DNA of 64,000 bases, from positions 8,928,001-8,992,000 of the forward strand of contig CM075994.1 in assembly GCA_038087875.1 (NCBI GenBank), in the 5' to 3' direction. The first letter of the stretch is position 1. The number at the start of each line of letters is the position of its first letter. The notes under the pieces were generated by a model. That model had not been told where the DNA came from and made no database searches. It worked only from the letters and a program-made list of their open reading frames with translations. A program made the translations under genes and the position numbers. This document shows, piece after piece, positions 62,056 to 64,000 of the stretch. Source of the DNA: Malacoraja senta. Lineage: Eukaryota.

Positions 62056-62677
62056 AAGAGCCCTCCCGAGTTTTAAAACATTCAAACTCGTGGAAGCACG
62101 TAGAATGCACGCAGCAGGCACGTCGGAGCTCGGGGACGTCTGTTAGCGGCTCGTAACGCTAACGGCAGGTACTCGGGAAACGCGGTAAGCTCGGGAAGAC
62201 TCGTGAAGATTTTTCAACATGTTGAAAAATGTCCACGACAGCCCGAGTACCTACGAGCGGCCATTACCGTAAAAGTTCATTCAAGAGTTCTTCCGAGTTT
62301 CCCCTGATTCGAACTCGGACATTTACGGTAATGGACGCTCGTAGGTACTCGGAGCTCCGTGGACATTTTTCAACATGTTGAAAAATCTTCACGAGTCTTC
62401 CCGAGCTTCAACATGTTGAAAAATCTTCAAGTCCTCCTGAGCTTAGCGCGTTTCCCGAGTACCTGCCGTTAGCGTTACGAGCTGCTCAGAGACGTCCCCG
62501 AGCTCCGACGTACCCGCTACGTTAATTCTCCGTGCTTACCACGAGTCTGATTTTTTTTTAAATCTCGGGAGAGCATTTGAAAGAACTCGTACAGTTGGAC
62601 AGGGCTTTTAAATCTCCGAGTTCGAATCAGGGCAAACTCGGGAAAACTCTTGCATGAACTCGTACAGTGGGACAGCG
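62055..62677. mobile_element. Palindromic MITE-like element(s), same TIR family
   Basis: Extensive internal inverted repeats; ends GAACTCGTACAGT(T/G)GGACAG twice. Confidence 0.6.
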
Positions 62678-63150
62678 TCATAACCTTATTAAATTTTGGA
62701 ACTTTATATCTCCGGTTTGATGGTAACAAATTGTACTCACAGTTCAGAACTTGGTTGGGGTCAGAAGAAATATTGTTGGCCATCCTTGGTATGTTTTTAT
62801 GGTAGGATGATTCATAAAATTTCTGAAGTGGTTGACCTACAATCTTTGAGCAGATTTTTAATTGTTGGAGCAGTTTTCATTTTGTAGTAACAGACAAACT
62901 CATGTACCATGTAAGCTCACAGTACTGCAAAACACTTATTATCACAGCGGTAAAAAATAATAAAAGGATTTGTCTACTTGCTCCGAAAGATCTAAGTCGG
63001 CGGAGAAACCAGATTCTTTGCGTTGTCTTATTGCAAATCTTATTAATGTGGTCATTCCATGATAAATGATGACCTATCCTTACCCCCAAGCATTTAAATG
63101 AAAATACCTGCTTGATTTTTTCATAATGGATAACAAGAGAAACATTATGA
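62517..63150 (-). mobile_element. Degenerate Rex1-like LINE fragment adjacent to or split by MITE sequence
   Basis: FKCLGV..LSWNDHI..RIWFLRRLRSFG; LLPSNRRYKVP. Confidence 0.6.
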
Positions 63151-63459
63151 GAGTCAGATGGTGAACCAAATACATAGAAACATAGAAAATAGGTGCAGGA
63201 GGAGGCCATTCTGCCCATCGAGCCAGCACCGCCATTCATTTGGAATTCTCTGCCTCAGAGGGCGGAGCAGGCAGGTTCTCTGGATGCGTTCGAGAGGGCT
63301 AGATAGGGCACTTAAAAATAGAGGAATGAGGGGATATGAGGAGAAGGCAGGAACGGGGTACTGATTGGGGATGATCAGCCATGATCACATGGAATGGCGG
63401 CGTTGGCTCGAAGGGCCGAATAGCCTACTCCTGCACCTATTGTCTATTGTCTATTGTCA

Positions 63460-63905
63460 TTGTGATCATGGCTGATTGTCCCCAATCAATAACCCGTGCC
63501 TGCCTTCTCCCCATATCCCTTGATTCCACCAGCCCCTAGAGCTCTATCTAACTCTCTCTTAAATCCATCCAGTGATTTGGCCTCCACTGCCCTCTGTGGC
63601 AGGGAATTCCCCAAATTCACAACTCTCTGGGTGAAAACGTTTTTTCTCACCTCAGTGCTAAATGGCCTCCCCTTTATTCTAAGACTGCGGCACCTGGTTC
63701 TGGACTCGCCCAACATTGGGAACATTTTTCCTGCATCTAGCTTGTCCAGTCCTTTTTATAATTTTATATGTTTCTATAAGACCCCCCCTCATCCTTCTAA
63801 ACTCCAGTGAATACAAGCCTAGTCTTTTCAATCTCTCCTCATATGACAGCCCCGCCATCCTAGGGATCAATCTCGTGAACCTACGCTGCACTGCCTCCAT
63901 CACAA
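63460..63905 (-). mobile_element. CR1 3' end
   Basis: ORFs 63486-63725 and 63679-63903. Confidence 0.8.
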
Positions 63906-64000
63906 GAAGTAGAGAATTGTCTCTCTTGCCTATGCAAGCTTTTTACCGCTCACCCGCACCGCAGGATCTGTTAATAATGCTCCATATTTAACCACGAACT

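Overview
Repeat-dense vertebrate genomic DNA, most likely a cartilaginous fish (skate/ray-like). This is inferred from abundant CR1/HER1-type LINE 3' ends, HE1/V-SINE-type SINEs and Penelope GIY-YIG fragments. Six N-gaps are present. Nearly all ORFs in the supplied track are transposon fragments or their antisense frames. Hidden among the repeats is a head-to-head inverted pair of single-V-domain immunoglobulin-superfamily receptor genes, reconstructed by hand from splice sites. Gene A (minus, 25230->6343) has 7 GT-AG exons in one open 705-nt frame (234 aa): leader, compact VJ-type V domain, Cys stalk plus uncharged TM, and a tail carrying TDYMIM, a CD28/ICOS-like YxxM motif. It lacks the MYPPPY B7-binding loop and instead has an NKp30-like 'CKVETLG' F-G region. 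Gene B (plus, 36396->49021) has leader, V and TM exons but no recognisable copy of the signalling exons in the remaining 15 kb, suggesting a paired signalling/decoy system. The window also holds a deleted Gmr1-type Gypsy element with an intact gag, two long inverted CR1 copies flanking gene B's V exon, an L1-like and an L2 3' fragment, Rex1-like fragments, Harbinger-like MITEs and LINE-tail-derived tandem arrays. No database searches were run; family assignments are from motif recognition and difference counts were made by eye.
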